DNA of 64,000 nt from assembly GCA_003697135.1 (NCBI GenBank), contig RFGC01000038.1:162320-226319 (forward strand). The letters run 5' to 3'. The position numbers and the translations under genes are program-made. Below are positions 1 to 13,067 of this stretch, piece by piece; position 1 is the first letter of the stretch; the number at the start of each line of letters is the position of its first letter. Source of the DNA: Acidobacteriota bacterium. GTDB lineage: Bacteria; Acidobacteriota; Blastocatellia; Pyrinomonadales; Pyrinomonadaceae. The notes under the pieces were generated by a model that saw nothing but the letters and a program-made list of their open reading frames with translations, was not told the origin of the DNA and ran no database searches.

Positions 1-753
1 ATAGACTTTAGATATTCAAATCTTCTGCATACAGCAGACAACTTGATGCTTTTCAAATACATTGTCAAAAACACAGCTGCCAAATTTGGTAAAACGGCAA
101 CCTTTATGCCGAAGCCTATTTTTGGCGATAACGGCTCCGGAATGCACTGCCATCAATCGCTTTGGAAAGACGGACAACCGCTTTTTGCTGGTGACGACTA
201 TGCCGGACTTTCCGATACGGCAAAATTCTATATCGGCGGATTACTCAAACACGCGCCTGCCATCGTAGCCTTTGCTGCTCCTACGACCAATAGTTACAAG
301 CGCTTAGTCCCCGGATTTGAAGCACCTGTAAACTTGGCTTATTCGGCAAGAAACCGCTCTGCCGCTATCAGAATCCCAATGTTTTCAAGCTCTCCCAAAG
401 CCAAGCGGATTGAGTTCCGTCCGCCCGATCCATCATGTAATCCTTATTTGGCTTTTTCGGCAATGCTTTTGGCGGGACTTGACGGTATTCAAAATCGCAT
501 TGATCCGGGCGATCCGCTTGACAAAGACATATACGATTTGCCGCCAGAAGAATTGGCAAATGTCCCATCATTACCGGGTAGCCTCGATGAAGCTCTGAAA
601 GCACTCGAAAATGACCATGAATTCTTGCTCAAAGGTGGCGTCTTTACAACTCAAATCATTGAAAGATGGATTTCCTATAAACGCGAGCGAGAAGTAAATC
701 AAATGCGCTTAAGACCACATCCTTTTGAGTTTGCAATGTATTATGATGTTTAA
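1..753 (+). CDS. glnA: Glutamine synthetase type I, C-terminal portion (5' end outside window)
   Basis: Frame 1 is open from base 1 ([15 protein letters not shown] precedes listed ORF 43..753). GSI hallmarks are present: [48 protein letters not shown] and the Tyr loop [10 protein letters not shown]. Confidence 0.95.
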   Translation: MDFRYSNLLHTADNLMLFKYIVKNTAAKFGKTATFMPKPIFGDNGSGMHCHQSLWKDGQPLFAGDDYAGLSDTAKFYIGGLLKHAPAIVAFAAPTTNSYKRLVPGFEAPVNLAYSARNRSAAIRIPMFSSSPKAKRIEFRPPDPSCNPYLAFSAMLLAGLDGIQNRIDPGDPLDKDIYDLPPEELANVPSLPGSLDEALKALENDHEFLLKGGVFTTQIIERWISYKREREVNQMRLRPHPFEFAMYYDV

Positions 754-780
754 TCGTCATTGAAACAAAACCAATTCAAA

Positions 781-845
781 GGTGTTGCTTTTGTGAATGA
801 GCAAAGCAAAACCGAATCGAACTCTGCCTTTCACAAAGCAACACC
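781..845 (+). terminator. Long imperfect hairpin about 27 nt after the glnA stop; candidate intrinsic terminator
   Basis: GGTGTTGCTTTTGTGAA (781-797) pairs with TTCACAAAGCAACACC (830-845), with one bulged T and a loop of about 32 nt. It is followed by CAAATTTCTTTAT. Confidence 0.4.
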
Positions 846-947
846 CAAATTTCTTTATGCCAGCAAAGCAAGAAAAACCTCACCTCTCATCTCCTGTAAG
901 GTAGCAATTGGCGAAAAATCTAGATTAAAATCTTGTTTTGACAAGCA

Positions 948-1091
948 ATGGACCAAACAGACAAACTGAAGAAGTCGGAAAAGTTAATTCGGTGGATTAA
1001 AAAACTAGGAGTTTTTGGCTTTCTGTTTTTCTTAATCAAAGGACTTCTTTGGCTGATAATTCCACTCTTGATAGCATATTTTGCATGGTGA
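948..1091 (+). CDS. Possible 47-aa small membrane protein (below the ORF-track size cutoff)
   Basis: ATG at 948 to TGA at 1089-1091 gives MDQTDKLKKSEKLIRWIKKLGVFGFLFFLIKGLLWLIIPLLIAYFAW. The N-terminus is basic and is followed by about 27 hydrophobic residues. There is no clear Shine-Dalgarno. Confidence 0.3.
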   Translation: MDQTDKLKKSEKLIRWIKKLGVFGFLFFLIKGLLWLIIPLLIAYFAW

Positions 1092-1304
1092 CTTTCCACA
1101 GAGAGAGACTTTGAGCTTGTTTTCAAACACTATCTCGAAATAGTCAATAGCTATTAAATTTGCATTTGGGTTTTGACCAAAGAACTCATGCTCAAAAATT
1201 TGTTTTACTTGATGTCCTGCAAATTTTTCTCGATAAGTGGAGACTTTCTTTTGAATCGGAGCTAAAAGAACGGAAACAAGTTGCGTTAGAATAACCTTGA
1301 AGTC

Positions 1305-3191
1305 ATGGAAACACTAAATCTTGCCTCGCTTATAAACTTGCTTGGTTTCGCTTTGGGAGTAATTCTTTACAGCCTCTTGTTTTTTATGGTTGTTTACTAC
1401 CGCGAAAAGCCAAAAGTTTCTTCATTGAATTTTTTTCTCCTGGCAACAGCTTGTTTAGGAATTTTATGGAACTTAGGTGAGCTTGCAAATACCGTTTGGA
1501 AAAGTTTTTTTGAACTTACAGTTTCAAGCTTTGTTAATGCCATTTCTTACTCCGCATTGGCTTTCTTGCTCGCAGTTACCGTTCACTCATCTTTGAAGGA
1601 TTCTCACAAAAAAAGATTCCTGATTTTGATTGGTTATGCTTTGAGCTCAACTGTAACGCTTTTGAACTTCTATTCTTTTGCAGAATCAAACCAAGCCCCA
1701 TCAAGTTTAGCACTTCAAATTTTGACCTATGGGTCTTTAGGCATTATCTTGGCTCTTCTAGCATTGGATTTTCGTCAAACCATTCAGCGAAAAGCACTTT
1801 TGATCTTGGCTTTAGGAATTCTGGTCATATCGGCATTCCATTTGAGCGGTGACATAGAAGAGAAATCATGGCTAGTCGAACTTCTCGCCCATCAAGCATC
1901 ATTGCCCTTTGCTTTTGTGATTCTTTTGCAAGATTACCGATTTGCCTTTGCTGATATTTTCTTAAAGCGCGCTCTTTCGCTCGTTTTGCTCACGTTGACT
2001 GCCTCTTCGCTATATGTTTTCGTGGTCATTCCCTTAATGAACGACAAAGGAAAATTACAATCAACAGCCGTTGTTTTGAGCCTATGGATTGCTACTGCTA
2101 TTTTCTATCCGTTTCTACGCAAAAAAGCAATTTGGATTGTTGACTTGCTTTTGCGCCGCCCCGACTATGAAAAATTGAGAGTGGAACTGAGCAAAAAGAT
2201 AGAACAACAGGAATCGGTAGAAAAGATTTTGGCTTTGCTTTGTGAAGAGCTTTCAAAAACTTTCACCGCTGCAAAAACTCTATGGGTGGAAACCCTCGAC
2301 AAAGAGATTGGTATTTCGATAAGCCCACAAAGCGTGAAAATTCTCATACCGACGGCAGATGAACCCTTTTACTTGATAACTCTAGAAGATTTTCTCGGCG
2401 GAAGACGCCTCCTTTCAGAAGAAAAAGATTTTCTTGAAAAAGTAGCTTTAATGACAGCCCGACGAATTGATGCTTTGAGAGTTAGCCATGAAAGATGTGA
2501 GCAAGAACTCCGTGAACAGGAATTTTCCAAACTTGCCACTGAAGCAAAGCTTTCTGCGCTCCGAGCACAGATAAACCCTCATTTTTTGTTCAATGCCCTA
2601 ACAACCATCGGCTATCTGATTCAAGCTTCACCTGATAAGGCTCTTTCTACACTTATGCGTCTTACACAGCTTTTGCGTGCAGTTTTGCGTTCCGAAGAAG
2701 AATTCACACCTCTTTCACAAGAACTGAAACTGATAGAATCTTACCTTGAAATCGAAAAGGCACGCTTTGAAGAAAGATTGCAGGTTTCGATCCAAGTCCC
2801 GAAAAAACTTGAAAAAATAAGAATACCATCGCTGATACTACAGCCTTTAGTAGAAAATGCAATAAAGCATGGCATCTCAAAGCTCAAAAACGGCGGGAAA
2901 GTAGAAATCTCAGCAAAAATCATCAAAACCGATAAAGGTAATTTTTTGCAACTAACTGTATTTGACGAAGGCGGCAATTTTGATAAAGCCGATCTCGAAA
3001 AGGCCATGAAAAAAGGTATCGGTTTGAATAACATTCGGCAAAGGCTTAAAAACTATTATGGAAGCTTAGCGCAATTGGAAATCTTCTCGGAAAAAGGGAA
3101 AGGGACGGAAGCAAAAATTTTACTTCCTCTTTTGGAGAAAAATAAATCCTCAGTTGAAACCAAAAAATTTTTCGGGCGAATTAACCAATAG
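1305..3191 (+). CDS. Sensor histidine kinase, LytS/YehU-type, with a multi-span membrane N-terminus
   Basis: 628-aa ORF with many hydrophobic spans in the first ~270 aa. The H-box region LRAQINPHFLFNALTTIGYLI is typical of LytS-type His_kinase domains. HATPase N-box LQPLVENAIKHG and G-box KGIGLNNIRQRL are present. Confidence 0.9.
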   Translation: METLNLASLINLLGFALGVILYSLLFFMVVYYREKPKVSSLNFFLLATACLGILWNLGELANTVWKSFFELTVSSFVNAISYSALAFLLAVTVHSSLKDSHKKRFLILIGYALSSTVTLLNFYSFAESNQAPSSLALQILTYGSLGIILALLALDFRQTIQRKALLILALGILVISAFHLSGDIEEKSWLVELLAHQASLPFAFVILLQDYRFAFADIFLKRALSLVLLTLTASSLYVFVVIPLMNDKGKLQSTAVVLSLWIATAIFYPFLRKKAIWIVDLLLRRPDYEKLRVELSKKIEQQESVEKILALLCEELSKTFTAAKTLWVETLDKEIGISISPQSVKILIPTADEPFYLITLEDFLGGRRLLSEEKDFLEKVALMTARRIDALRVSHERCEQELREQEFSKLATEAKLSALRAQINPHFLFNALTTIGYLIQASPDKALSTLMRLTQLLRAVLRSEEEFTPLSQELKLIESYLEIEKARFEERLQVSIQVPKKLEKIRIPSLILQPLVENAIKHGISKLKNGGKVEISAKIIKTDKGNFLQLTVFDEGGNFDKADLEKAMKKGIGLNNIRQRLKNYYGSLAQLEIFSEKGKGTEAKILLPLLEKNKSSVETKKFFGRINQ

Positions 3192-3267
3192 ACTTTGGCA
3201 AACTCGGCTCGGTTTAGTTAAACTTATCTTGGCTTATCGGTGCTTGATTGAAAAGAGACTTTGAAAC

Positions 3268-6205
<2,938 letters not shown>

Positions 6206-6325
6206 CATACAAACCGAAATGTTTTGACGATAAACTATTTTCGCTCTTGATTGCCCATTTTCCTTGTCTTTTTTGAATTGGATTATAAAAATTAAAGTGT
6301 GAAAATTTCAGGGAGATTGTGATAT

Positions 6326-6868
6326 ATGTGGAAGCGAATAATTCTCGCATTTCTTATCGCAAACATCGCCGCTTATGGATTATCCTGCAAAAGCAATCCC
6401 ACAGGGAAGTCAGAAAAAGAGCTTGAAGAAGAAGTCAAAAGAGAGTTCAACAAAGAAGTTGAGCTTATGGAAAAGAGACTAAGCGAAGCACTGTCTAATC
6501 TGAAAACTTCTACTCCCAAGAAAGAGATAAAAGCGTCTAACTCGTCAAACACGACAGTTTCGGCCACTTCTGCGGATTTTTCAGGTGTTTACCGTAACAA
6601 GTTTGGAAAAGTAGAAATCAAAAATCAGACGCAATCTTTTTCATTCAACATATCGGTAAAATCAGGCTCTTCTACAGGAGAAATCAGCGGAAAAGCCAAG
6701 TGGACGGGCCAAAATACTGCTGAATATAGTGAATATATCCCCGACTTTAAGGAAAACTGTAAACTTTTGTTTACCTTTTTCGATGGTAAAGTTGTGATTA
6801 AGGAAAAGGGCGCCTGTCACTACTACCGCGGCGTAGGAACCACTTTTGACGGAACTTACACTCGCTGA
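6326..6868 (+). CDS. Hypothetical lipoprotein
   Basis: 180-aa ORF with signal peptide plus lipobox (IAAYGLSC). GGGAG lies upstream of the ATG. No recognisable domain. Confidence 0.7.
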   Translation: MWKRIILAFLIANIAAYGLSCKSNPTGKSEKELEEEVKREFNKEVELMEKRLSEALSNLKTSTPKKEIKASNSSNTTVSATSADFSGVYRNKFGKVEIKNQTQSFSFNISVKSGSSTGEISGKAKWTGQNTAEYSEYIPDFKENCKLLFTFFDGKVVIKEKGACHYYRGVGTTFDGTYTR

Positions 6869-6906
6869 AATGTAAAAATGACAAACTCAAAGATGAACCG
6901 ATTTTG

Positions 6907-8520
6907 TTAAATTACAATTTTTTCCTGATATTCTCCCCAAACTTTTCTAAGCGTGTTAGAGATTTCTCCCACAGTCGCGTAATTTTCGACGCATTCCAAT
7001 ATGTAAGGAAGCAAATTTTCAGTTCCCTGAGCCGCCTGTTGAAGTCTCTTTAGCGATTGCTCGACCTTTTCAGAATTTCTCTTCTGACGAACTGCTCTGG
7101 TGCGCTCGATTTGATTTTTCTCGATCTCAGGATCGATCTTCAAAATCGGTATGCTTGTGTCTTCCTGAATCTGAAACTTGTTAACCCCGACCACTATTGC
7201 ATCTCCGCTTTCGACTGCCTTTTGGTATTGATAAGCCGATTCTTGAATTTCCTGCTGTGGATAGCCGATTTCGATTGCTCTGAGCATTCCGCCCATTTCG
7301 TCAATTTTCTGGATATACTCGATAGCTTTCTTTTCGAGTTGATTTGTAAGTTCCTCGATTGCATAGCTTCCGGCAAGTGGATCAACTATGTCGGCAACGC
7401 CAGACTCATAAGCTATAACCTGTTGCGTTCTCAAAGCGATTCTAGCGGCGTGTTCTGTTGGTAGTGACAATGCCTCATCCATAGAGTTCGTATGCAGGCT
7501 TTGAGTTCCGCCCAAAACAGCCGCTAGTGCTTGAATTGTTGTTCTGATAATGTTCACTTCAGGCTGTTGAGCTGTTAAGGTCGAGCCGGCGGTTTGAGTG
7601 TGGAAGCGTAGCATCATTGATTTAGGATTCTTCGCTCCGAACCGATCTCGCATGATTTTTGCCCAAAGGCGGCGGGCGGCGCGAAATTTTGCAACCTCTT
7701 CAAGCAAATTGTTGTGAGCGTTGAAAAAGAACGAAAGTCTCGGAGCGAATTGGTCAACTTCCAAACCTGCTGAGATTGCGGCTTCAACGTAGCAAATTGC
7801 ATTGGCTAAAGTGAAAGCAATCTCTTGGACAGCCGTTGCGCCCGCTTCGCGGATATGGTAGCCGGAAATCGAAATCGTGTTCCAATTCGGCACTTCCTTT
7901 GCACAGAAAGCAAAAATATCGGTTATAAGCCTTAATGAAGGTCTCGGCGGATAAATGTAAGTTCCACGTGCGATGTATTCCTTCAAAATGTCGTTCTGAA
8001 TAGTGCCGTTGAGTTTATCGAAACTTACGCCTTGCCTTTTAGCGACAGCAAGATAAAGGCAAAGCAGTATCGCCGCAGTTGCGTTGATTGTCATTGAAGT
8101 TGAAACTTTGTCGAGCGGGATTCCGTCGAGAAGAATCAGCATGTCTTCCAGCGAATCTATCGCAACTCCGACTTTACCGACCTCACCCGCCGCAAGCGGA
8201 TCGTCCGAGTCAAGCCCGATTTGTGTAGGCAAATCAAAAGCGATTGAAAGCCCAGTAGTGCCTTGCGATAAGAGATATTTGTATCTTTTGTTCGACTCTT
8301 CAGCAGTGGCAAAGCCTGCATATTGTCGCATCGTCCAGAGCTTGCCACGATACATATTCTTGCGAATCCCGCGTGTAAACGGGAATTCGCCCGGATCGCC
8401 TAAATCTGTTTCATAATCGAAATGCGAGTTGCTCGGATTAAAATCATTCGGTAGCTCAATTCCCGATGACGTTAAAAATTTCTCGCGTCTTTCTCCCTGC
8501 ATCTTTGGACTTTCAGCCAT
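6907..8520 (-). CDS. Methylmalonyl-CoA mutase family, catalytic (N-terminal TIM-barrel) subunit without a B12-binding domain
   Basis: 537 aa. Contains [45 protein letters not shown] and [15 protein letters not shown], typical of the MCM large-subunit barrel. It ends before any DxHxxG B12 domain. Confidence 0.93.
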   Translation of the reverse strand: MAESPKMQGERREKFLTSSGIELPNDFNPSNSHFDYETDLGDPGEFPFTRGIRKNMYRGKLWTMRQYAGFATAEESNKRYKYLLSQGTTGLSIAFDLPTQIGLDSDDPLAAGEVGKVGVAIDSLEDMLILLDGIPLDKVSTSMTINATAAILLCLYLAVAKRQGVSFDKLNGTIQNDILKEYIARGTYIYPPRPSLRLITDIFAFCAKEVPNWNTISISGYHIREAGATAVQEIAFTLANAICYVEAAISAGLEVDQFAPRLSFFFNAHNNLLEEVAKFRAARRLWAKIMRDRFGAKNPKSMMLRFHTQTAGSTLTAQQPEVNIIRTTIQALAAVLGGTQSLHTNSMDEALSLPTEHAARIALRTQQVIAYESGVADIVDPLAGSYAIEELTNQLEKKAIEYIQKIDEMGGMLRAIEIGYPQQEIQESAYQYQKAVESGDAIVVGVNKFQIQEDTSIPILKIDPEIEKNQIERTRAVRQKRNSEKVEQSLKRLQQAAQGTENLLPYILECVENYATVGEISNTLRKVWGEYQEKIVI

Positions 8521-8601
8521 AAATCAAGATTACTCCAAAACCAAAAAGTTTTGAAGCAATAAACTTGCAAGTTTTCGACGCTTTGCTTATGCTTCCTTTC
8601 T

Positions 8602-9312
8602 GTGAAAAAAACTTCGAGCGGAAAATCAGATGAAACTGCGTTTTGGAAGTATTTTTCCGAGATAGAAAGTGCTTTGAGCAAGAAGTGCGGAAGAAAAATC
8701 TTCTTAAGCCCGCTGGATTGGGGATTGATAGAATCTTGGCAAAAGCGCGGCGTTCCTTTGCACATAATCTTGAAAGCTATTGACTCATTCGACACCGCTG
8801 GAAATCACAAAAGAAAACTTAACTCGCTTCGTATTTTCCGAAACAAAATCGAATCAGAATTTAGCTTTTGGCTCAAAAGAAGTGTCGGGAAACACGATAA
8901 AAACGAACCAATAGTTTCAAAACCGCTCGATGCGAATTCTTTAGCTTCAGAGAAACAAGCGCACCTACAAGAAAAAATAGACCTTCTCAATTCAGCAATC
9001 ACGGTAAACAACGAACAAATCGGAAAGGCTCTGAGCAAAACAATCGCTCAACTTGAAAATCTCAAACAATTCAACGATTTTGAAGCTTTAGAAGTCGAAC
9101 TTGAGAAACTGGAAAAAGAAATCAACAAGGCTTTGTTAACTTATGCCGATTCCGAAACTCTCGAAAAACTCAAGCGAGAAGTTGAAAAGCAGATGTCCAG
9201 ATACAAATTCCGCACCGATGAAAAAACTTTCAAACGAAACTGCGAGCTAATGCTTTTGAAACTACTGCGAAAGCACTATAACATTCCGCATCTGGGACTA
9301 TTCGATGTTTAA
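8602..9312 (+). CDS. Hypothetical protein; weak DnaD-like N-terminal segment plus a coiled-coil C-terminus
   Basis: 236-aa ORF with a GTG start. LSPLDWGLIESWQKRGVPLHIILKAID resembles the DnaD/DnaB_2 replication-initiation domain pattern. The C-terminal half is K/E-rich and helical. Confidence 0.6.
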   Translation: MKKTSSGKSDETAFWKYFSEIESALSKKCGRKIFLSPLDWGLIESWQKRGVPLHIILKAIDSFDTAGNHKRKLNSLRIFRNKIESEFSFWLKRSVGKHDKNEPIVSKPLDANSLASEKQAHLQEKIDLLNSAITVNNEQIGKALSKTIAQLENLKQFNDFEALEVELEKLEKEINKALLTYADSETLEKLKREVEKQMSRYKFRTDEKTFKRNCELMLLKLLRKHYNIPHLGLFDV

Positions 9313-9354
9313 CCTTAAGGGCGAAAGTTGTTTCAGATTCGAGTTGTAGATGAG

Positions 9355-10161
9355 TTATGTTTTCTTGATTTTCGAGAGCTTATCGAATTTTTTACGATAG
9401 TCAGGACCTTCAACCACGATTGTTTGACACATTTCATAAAGCCTTGAACGCAATCTTGCGCCGATTCTGTCTTCTAGCGTTTCTTCTCTTTCGTCTCTGC
9501 GTTCGTCCAAATAATTCGTGGTAAATATGGTTAGTTTTTCGTCGTTATACCGAGTGTTGATGATAAACGACATTGTATCTTTGACCCATTCTGTGGGCTT
9601 TGAAGCTCCGAGTTCATCGAGAACCAAAATTTCCGCTTCCAGAACCGGTTCTAAAACCTTCAACTCCGATGATTGAGTTGCGGGATTGTAGGAGTTCTGA
9701 ATTTCTCGTAAAAGCGAGCCGAATTCGCAGAATAAACAATTGAAGCCTCTTTCCGTTAAGCACTTCAAGATCGAGACGGCAAGATGTGTTTTACCAGTCC
9801 CGACGCCGCCCATGAAGAGCAAACCTTTTTCGACATCTGGATATTTCTGCGCAAGAGTATACGCACGTTTGAAAGCATTTTTTTGCGATTCTGTCAAGGT
9901 TTGATAGTTTGAAAACGAACAATTTGAATATCGCTTCGGGATTCTAACTCTCTCGAAAAGATTCTCTTGAATTCTCTTCCGACGACAGCTACAAGGACGC
10001 GCTCCCTTGCCCGGAATAAGCTCCATTCCCGAACCGTAGCATTTCGGGCAAACTTCTACTGCTTTCTCCGGAAAGGGCAAAGATTTATCAGTTTGACCCG
10101 GAACAACATAAAACTTGGGATTAGACATCTCCTGCGCCATCGTCTCAAAAAATCTTTTCAA
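9355..10161 (-). CDS. DnaC/DnaI-type AAA+ helicase-loader-like ATPase with an N-terminal Cys4 finger
   Basis: Walker A GGVGTGKTHLAVS, Walker B ILVLDELG and IIFTTN-type sensor (LTIFTTNY). N-terminal CPKCYGSG...CSC zinc-ribbon-like motif. Confidence 0.85.
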   Translation of the reverse strand: MKRFFETMAQEMSNPKFYVVPGQTDKSLPFPEKAVEVCPKCYGSGMELIPGKGARPCSCRRKRIQENLFERVRIPKRYSNCSFSNYQTLTESQKNAFKRAYTLAQKYPDVEKGLLFMGGVGTGKTHLAVSILKCLTERGFNCLFCEFGSLLREIQNSYNPATQSSELKVLEPVLEAEILVLDELGASKPTEWVKDTMSFIINTRYNDEKLTIFTTNYLDERRDEREETLEDRIGARLRSRLYEMCQTIVVEGPDYRKKFDKLSKIKKT

Positions 10162-10369
10162 CTTTTCAGCGTTTTCGGATTATAACACTGATGAAAAAGA
10201 ACTCTCAAGTCGAAAAAAGGCATCTGTAGATTTTTTTTGCACAACTTCAAAACTTTAATTTACTTAAGGTTAGCGGGCAAAAACACTAAACAGCAAGACT
10301 GGTAGGCTCTACTTTTGAGTTTCTCCGCAAACTTGAAAAATCGTTTATCAAGCCTTTAAGCTACAAGTT

Positions 10370-12010
10370 ATGAGAAAAATTGCTATCTTACTATTTGCAT
10401 TCATTTTTCTTCAGGATTTATCAGCTCAAAACAAGTTTGAAGGCTACAACATTATTTTGGAAGTTCCTGAAGATCAGAAACAGACGGCTTGCGCTATTCG
10501 CTACGCACCGCCTTCAACTGAGATAAAGATAGTTGATTTGAATAGAGCCACGCCAGCCAAAATCTCTCCGTGTGCTGGTTCTACGGCTAAGCTTTCCCAA
10601 ACCGGTTCAGGGTTTGTCTTAAAGGCAGGTGAAACCGATTTCAAGTGGTGCTTTCAAGCCGAAGACAAACGCTATCAAATAAAATTCAAAGACAGTAGCG
10701 GCAAAGAAGTTGTTTATAACTGGATTGCAACGCCTGAAAATCCCGGCATCTACAACGTCAAAGACTTTGGAGCGGTCGGCGATGGCATCACCGACGACAC
10801 AGTGGCAATCAAAAGCGCATTGGCTTTCATAGCAACACGAAACGGCGGGACTTTGCAATTTCCTGAAGGTGATTTTGTCGTAACCTCGCCGATAGTTTTG
10901 CCGTCCGGTGTAACGATTCAAGGCGTTGGAAGTCTCGGCACCGGCTCGCCAACAAATAATGTCGTTCAAAAAGCCGCAAGCCGAATCAAACTAAAAGGCA
11001 CCAATAGCTCGATATTCCGAATCGGCGAATGCACCGAAAGAGTTCAGATTCGTGATATTGAACTCTACGCTGAAAGCAGCGATAAAACCATCGGAATCGA
11101 AGCCGTAGGAGCTTACAATTCAAGCCAAGACTTTTTCTTCGAGCGCGTAACTTTCAACAACTTTTTCAGAGGTATATACGTTCGTGGACTTCCGCAAACC
11201 GACAAGGCTTGGCAGTTCGATTACATAAAGGTAAAAAACTGCCGTTTTATCTACAACACAGATGCCGGTATTTACAGCTACGCCCGTAATGCAGGCTGGA
11301 AAATCGAAGGATGCGTTTTCATTAACCCAAAACGCACGGAATCACAAAAAGCAGATTCAATGACTTTCTGGCACGCGGGTTTCGTCTTAATTCAAGATAC
11401 CTTCGGTGGCGGATTTCCAAACGCAAAAGGCGGCATATTTATCAACATAATTGACAACTCCAACGTAACGGTGATTGGCTCGCAAACTGAATCAATGACT
11501 TACTCGTTCGTTTACAACGAACCGCGTTTCCCCTATCATGGCGATTACTCTTATCCGATTACCTTCATAAACAACATTTTTGGTGACCCAATAGAGTTTC
11601 GCGGTAGAAGAACATTCGTTTCCATTGGTAATCTATATGGTCCACGCACCTTTATTGCCGATCCAAGCGTTAGAGTTTACTCAGTGGGCGATAGATTCTG
11701 TTATGACGGAAACATACTCGGCTGTCAAGGAACAGCTCAACAAAACGGATTTGACAAAGCGACTGTGATAATGATGACAGCTCAACCTGATGATGGATCA
11801 GTTAAAGGGCATTCAACCTTTTTCGGCACTGATGTTAAATTCGGCGCTCCAATTCAAACTCCGTCATTCAAGCAGGAAAATCTTCCAAAAGACAAGCCGA
11901 ATGGTTCTCTGGTTTATTGCGAAAACTGCAAACGCAACACAACGCCTTGTGAATCTGGTGGATCAGGCGCACCGGCAATGATGGTTGCCGGACAATGGAG
12001 TTGCTTGTGA
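10370..12010 (+). CDS. Secreted right-handed beta-helix protein (pectate-lyase-superfamily / glycosidase-like)
   Basis: Signal peptide, then YNVKDFGAVGDGITDDTVAIKSAL...GGTLQFPEGDFVV, typical of the Pectate_lyase_3 N-terminus. Cys-rich C-terminal tail. Confidence 0.8.
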   Translation: MRKIAILLFAFIFLQDLSAQNKFEGYNIILEVPEDQKQTACAIRYAPPSTEIKIVDLNRATPAKISPCAGSTAKLSQTGSGFVLKAGETDFKWCFQAEDKRYQIKFKDSSGKEVVYNWIATPENPGIYNVKDFGAVGDGITDDTVAIKSALAFIATRNGGTLQFPEGDFVVTSPIVLPSGVTIQGVGSLGTGSPTNNVVQKAASRIKLKGTNSSIFRIGECTERVQIRDIELYAESSDKTIGIEAVGAYNSSQDFFFERVTFNNFFRGIYVRGLPQTDKAWQFDYIKVKNCRFIYNTDAGIYSYARNAGWKIEGCVFINPKRTESQKADSMTFWHAGFVLIQDTFGGGFPNAKGGIFINIIDNSNVTVIGSQTESMTYSFVYNEPRFPYHGDYSYPITFINNIFGDPIEFRGRRTFVSIGNLYGPRTFIADPSVRVYSVGDRFCYDGNILGCQGTAQQNGFDKATVIMMTAQPDDGSVKGHSTFFGTDVKFGAPIQTPSFKQENLPKDKPNGSLVYCENCKRNTTPCESGGSGAPAMMVAGQWSCL

Positions 12011-12063
12011 TTTTTCAAGAAACTCACGATTAAAGTTGCTACTGTCAAGTCCGGTAAAAAGCT

Positions 12064-13062
12064 ATGGATCAAAGAAACAAAATTTCAATCGTGCTTTGCA
12101 CCTACAACGGCGAAAGATTTTTACCTGCTCAACTTGAAAGTATCCGCACGCAAACTCGCCAACCTGATGAGATGATCGTCAATGACGACGGCTCAACGGA
12201 TAGAACTGTCGAGATTATCGAAGAATTCTCGAAAAAAGTTCCCTTTCCCGTTAGACTCGAAATTAACGAGCGAAACTTAGGTTCAACCAAAAACTTTGAA
12301 CGCGCAATATGGCGCGCAAGCGGCCACCTTATTTTTCTTTGCGATCAAGATGACGTCTGGCTAAATCACAAAATTGAACGAATCGAAAGCGTGTTCGATT
12401 CTGATGATTCCGTCGGGCTAGTTTTTTCCAATGCAACTTTGATTGATGAAAATTCTCGTCCCATCGGAAAAAATCTTTGGGATTACAGTTTCCCGAAACA
12501 ACAGCGGGAAGAGAAAAACATGCTAAAAGTTTTACTGCGTCAAAATGTTGTCACCGGGGCCACTGCCGCTTTTCGAGCAGAATTCAGAAAGCTTTTTTCA
12601 CCTATACCAACCGATATTCCAAACGTGATCCACGATGGCTGGATAGCTTTAGTCATATCAACCACTGCAAAGCTCGTGGCGCTTGATGAGAACTTGATAA
12701 TGTATCGTCAGCATTCGGGACAGCAACTCGGCATAATCAGAGAGAGCAAAACTCTATCAGATTACGCAGATGACATCTTTTACGAGGAAAAGGAAATACA
12801 AAGACTTGAAAGGATATTCTCCGCTTTGCAGAATTTGCCTGCTTTCCAAAGTCACAAGGTTTCGAGTTCGGTTCAAAAAATCATCGAGCTTTACATAGAA
12901 GAAAAGCAGGAAAGAATCGAGCATTTACGAGCAAGAAAGAATTTACCCAAAGCCAGATTTCGTCGTTTAATTCCAATTTGGCGAGAACTACTGACAGGGC
13001 GCTATCATCGTTTTAGTAGAGGCTTTTTGAGTGCCGCTAAAGATTTTTGGTTGAGGAAATGA
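12064..13062 (+). CDS. Family 2 glycosyltransferase
   Basis: SIVLCTYNGERFL...VNDDGSTDRT and the LCDQDD (DxD) motifs. Confidence 0.9.
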   Translation: MDQRNKISIVLCTYNGERFLPAQLESIRTQTRQPDEMIVNDDGSTDRTVEIIEEFSKKVPFPVRLEINERNLGSTKNFERAIWRASGHLIFLCDQDDVWLNHKIERIESVFDSDDSVGLVFSNATLIDENSRPIGKNLWDYSFPKQQREEKNMLKVLLRQNVVTGATAAFRAEFRKLFSPIPTDIPNVIHDGWIALVISTTAKLVALDENLIMYRQHSGQQLGIIRESKTLSDYADDIFYEEKEIQRLERIFSALQNLPAFQSHKVSSSVQKIIELYIEEKQERIEHLRARKNLPKARFRRLIPIWRELLTGRYHRFSRGFLSAAKDFWLRK

Positions 13063-13067
13063 AAATT

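Noticed and set aside
760-1126. Listed ORFs 760..969 (+) and 920..1126 (-).
   Set aside because: The first spans the glnA terminator hairpin. The second is antisense to the more plausible 47-aa ORF. Both have low-complexity, Ser/Lys-rich sequences without ribosome-binding sites.
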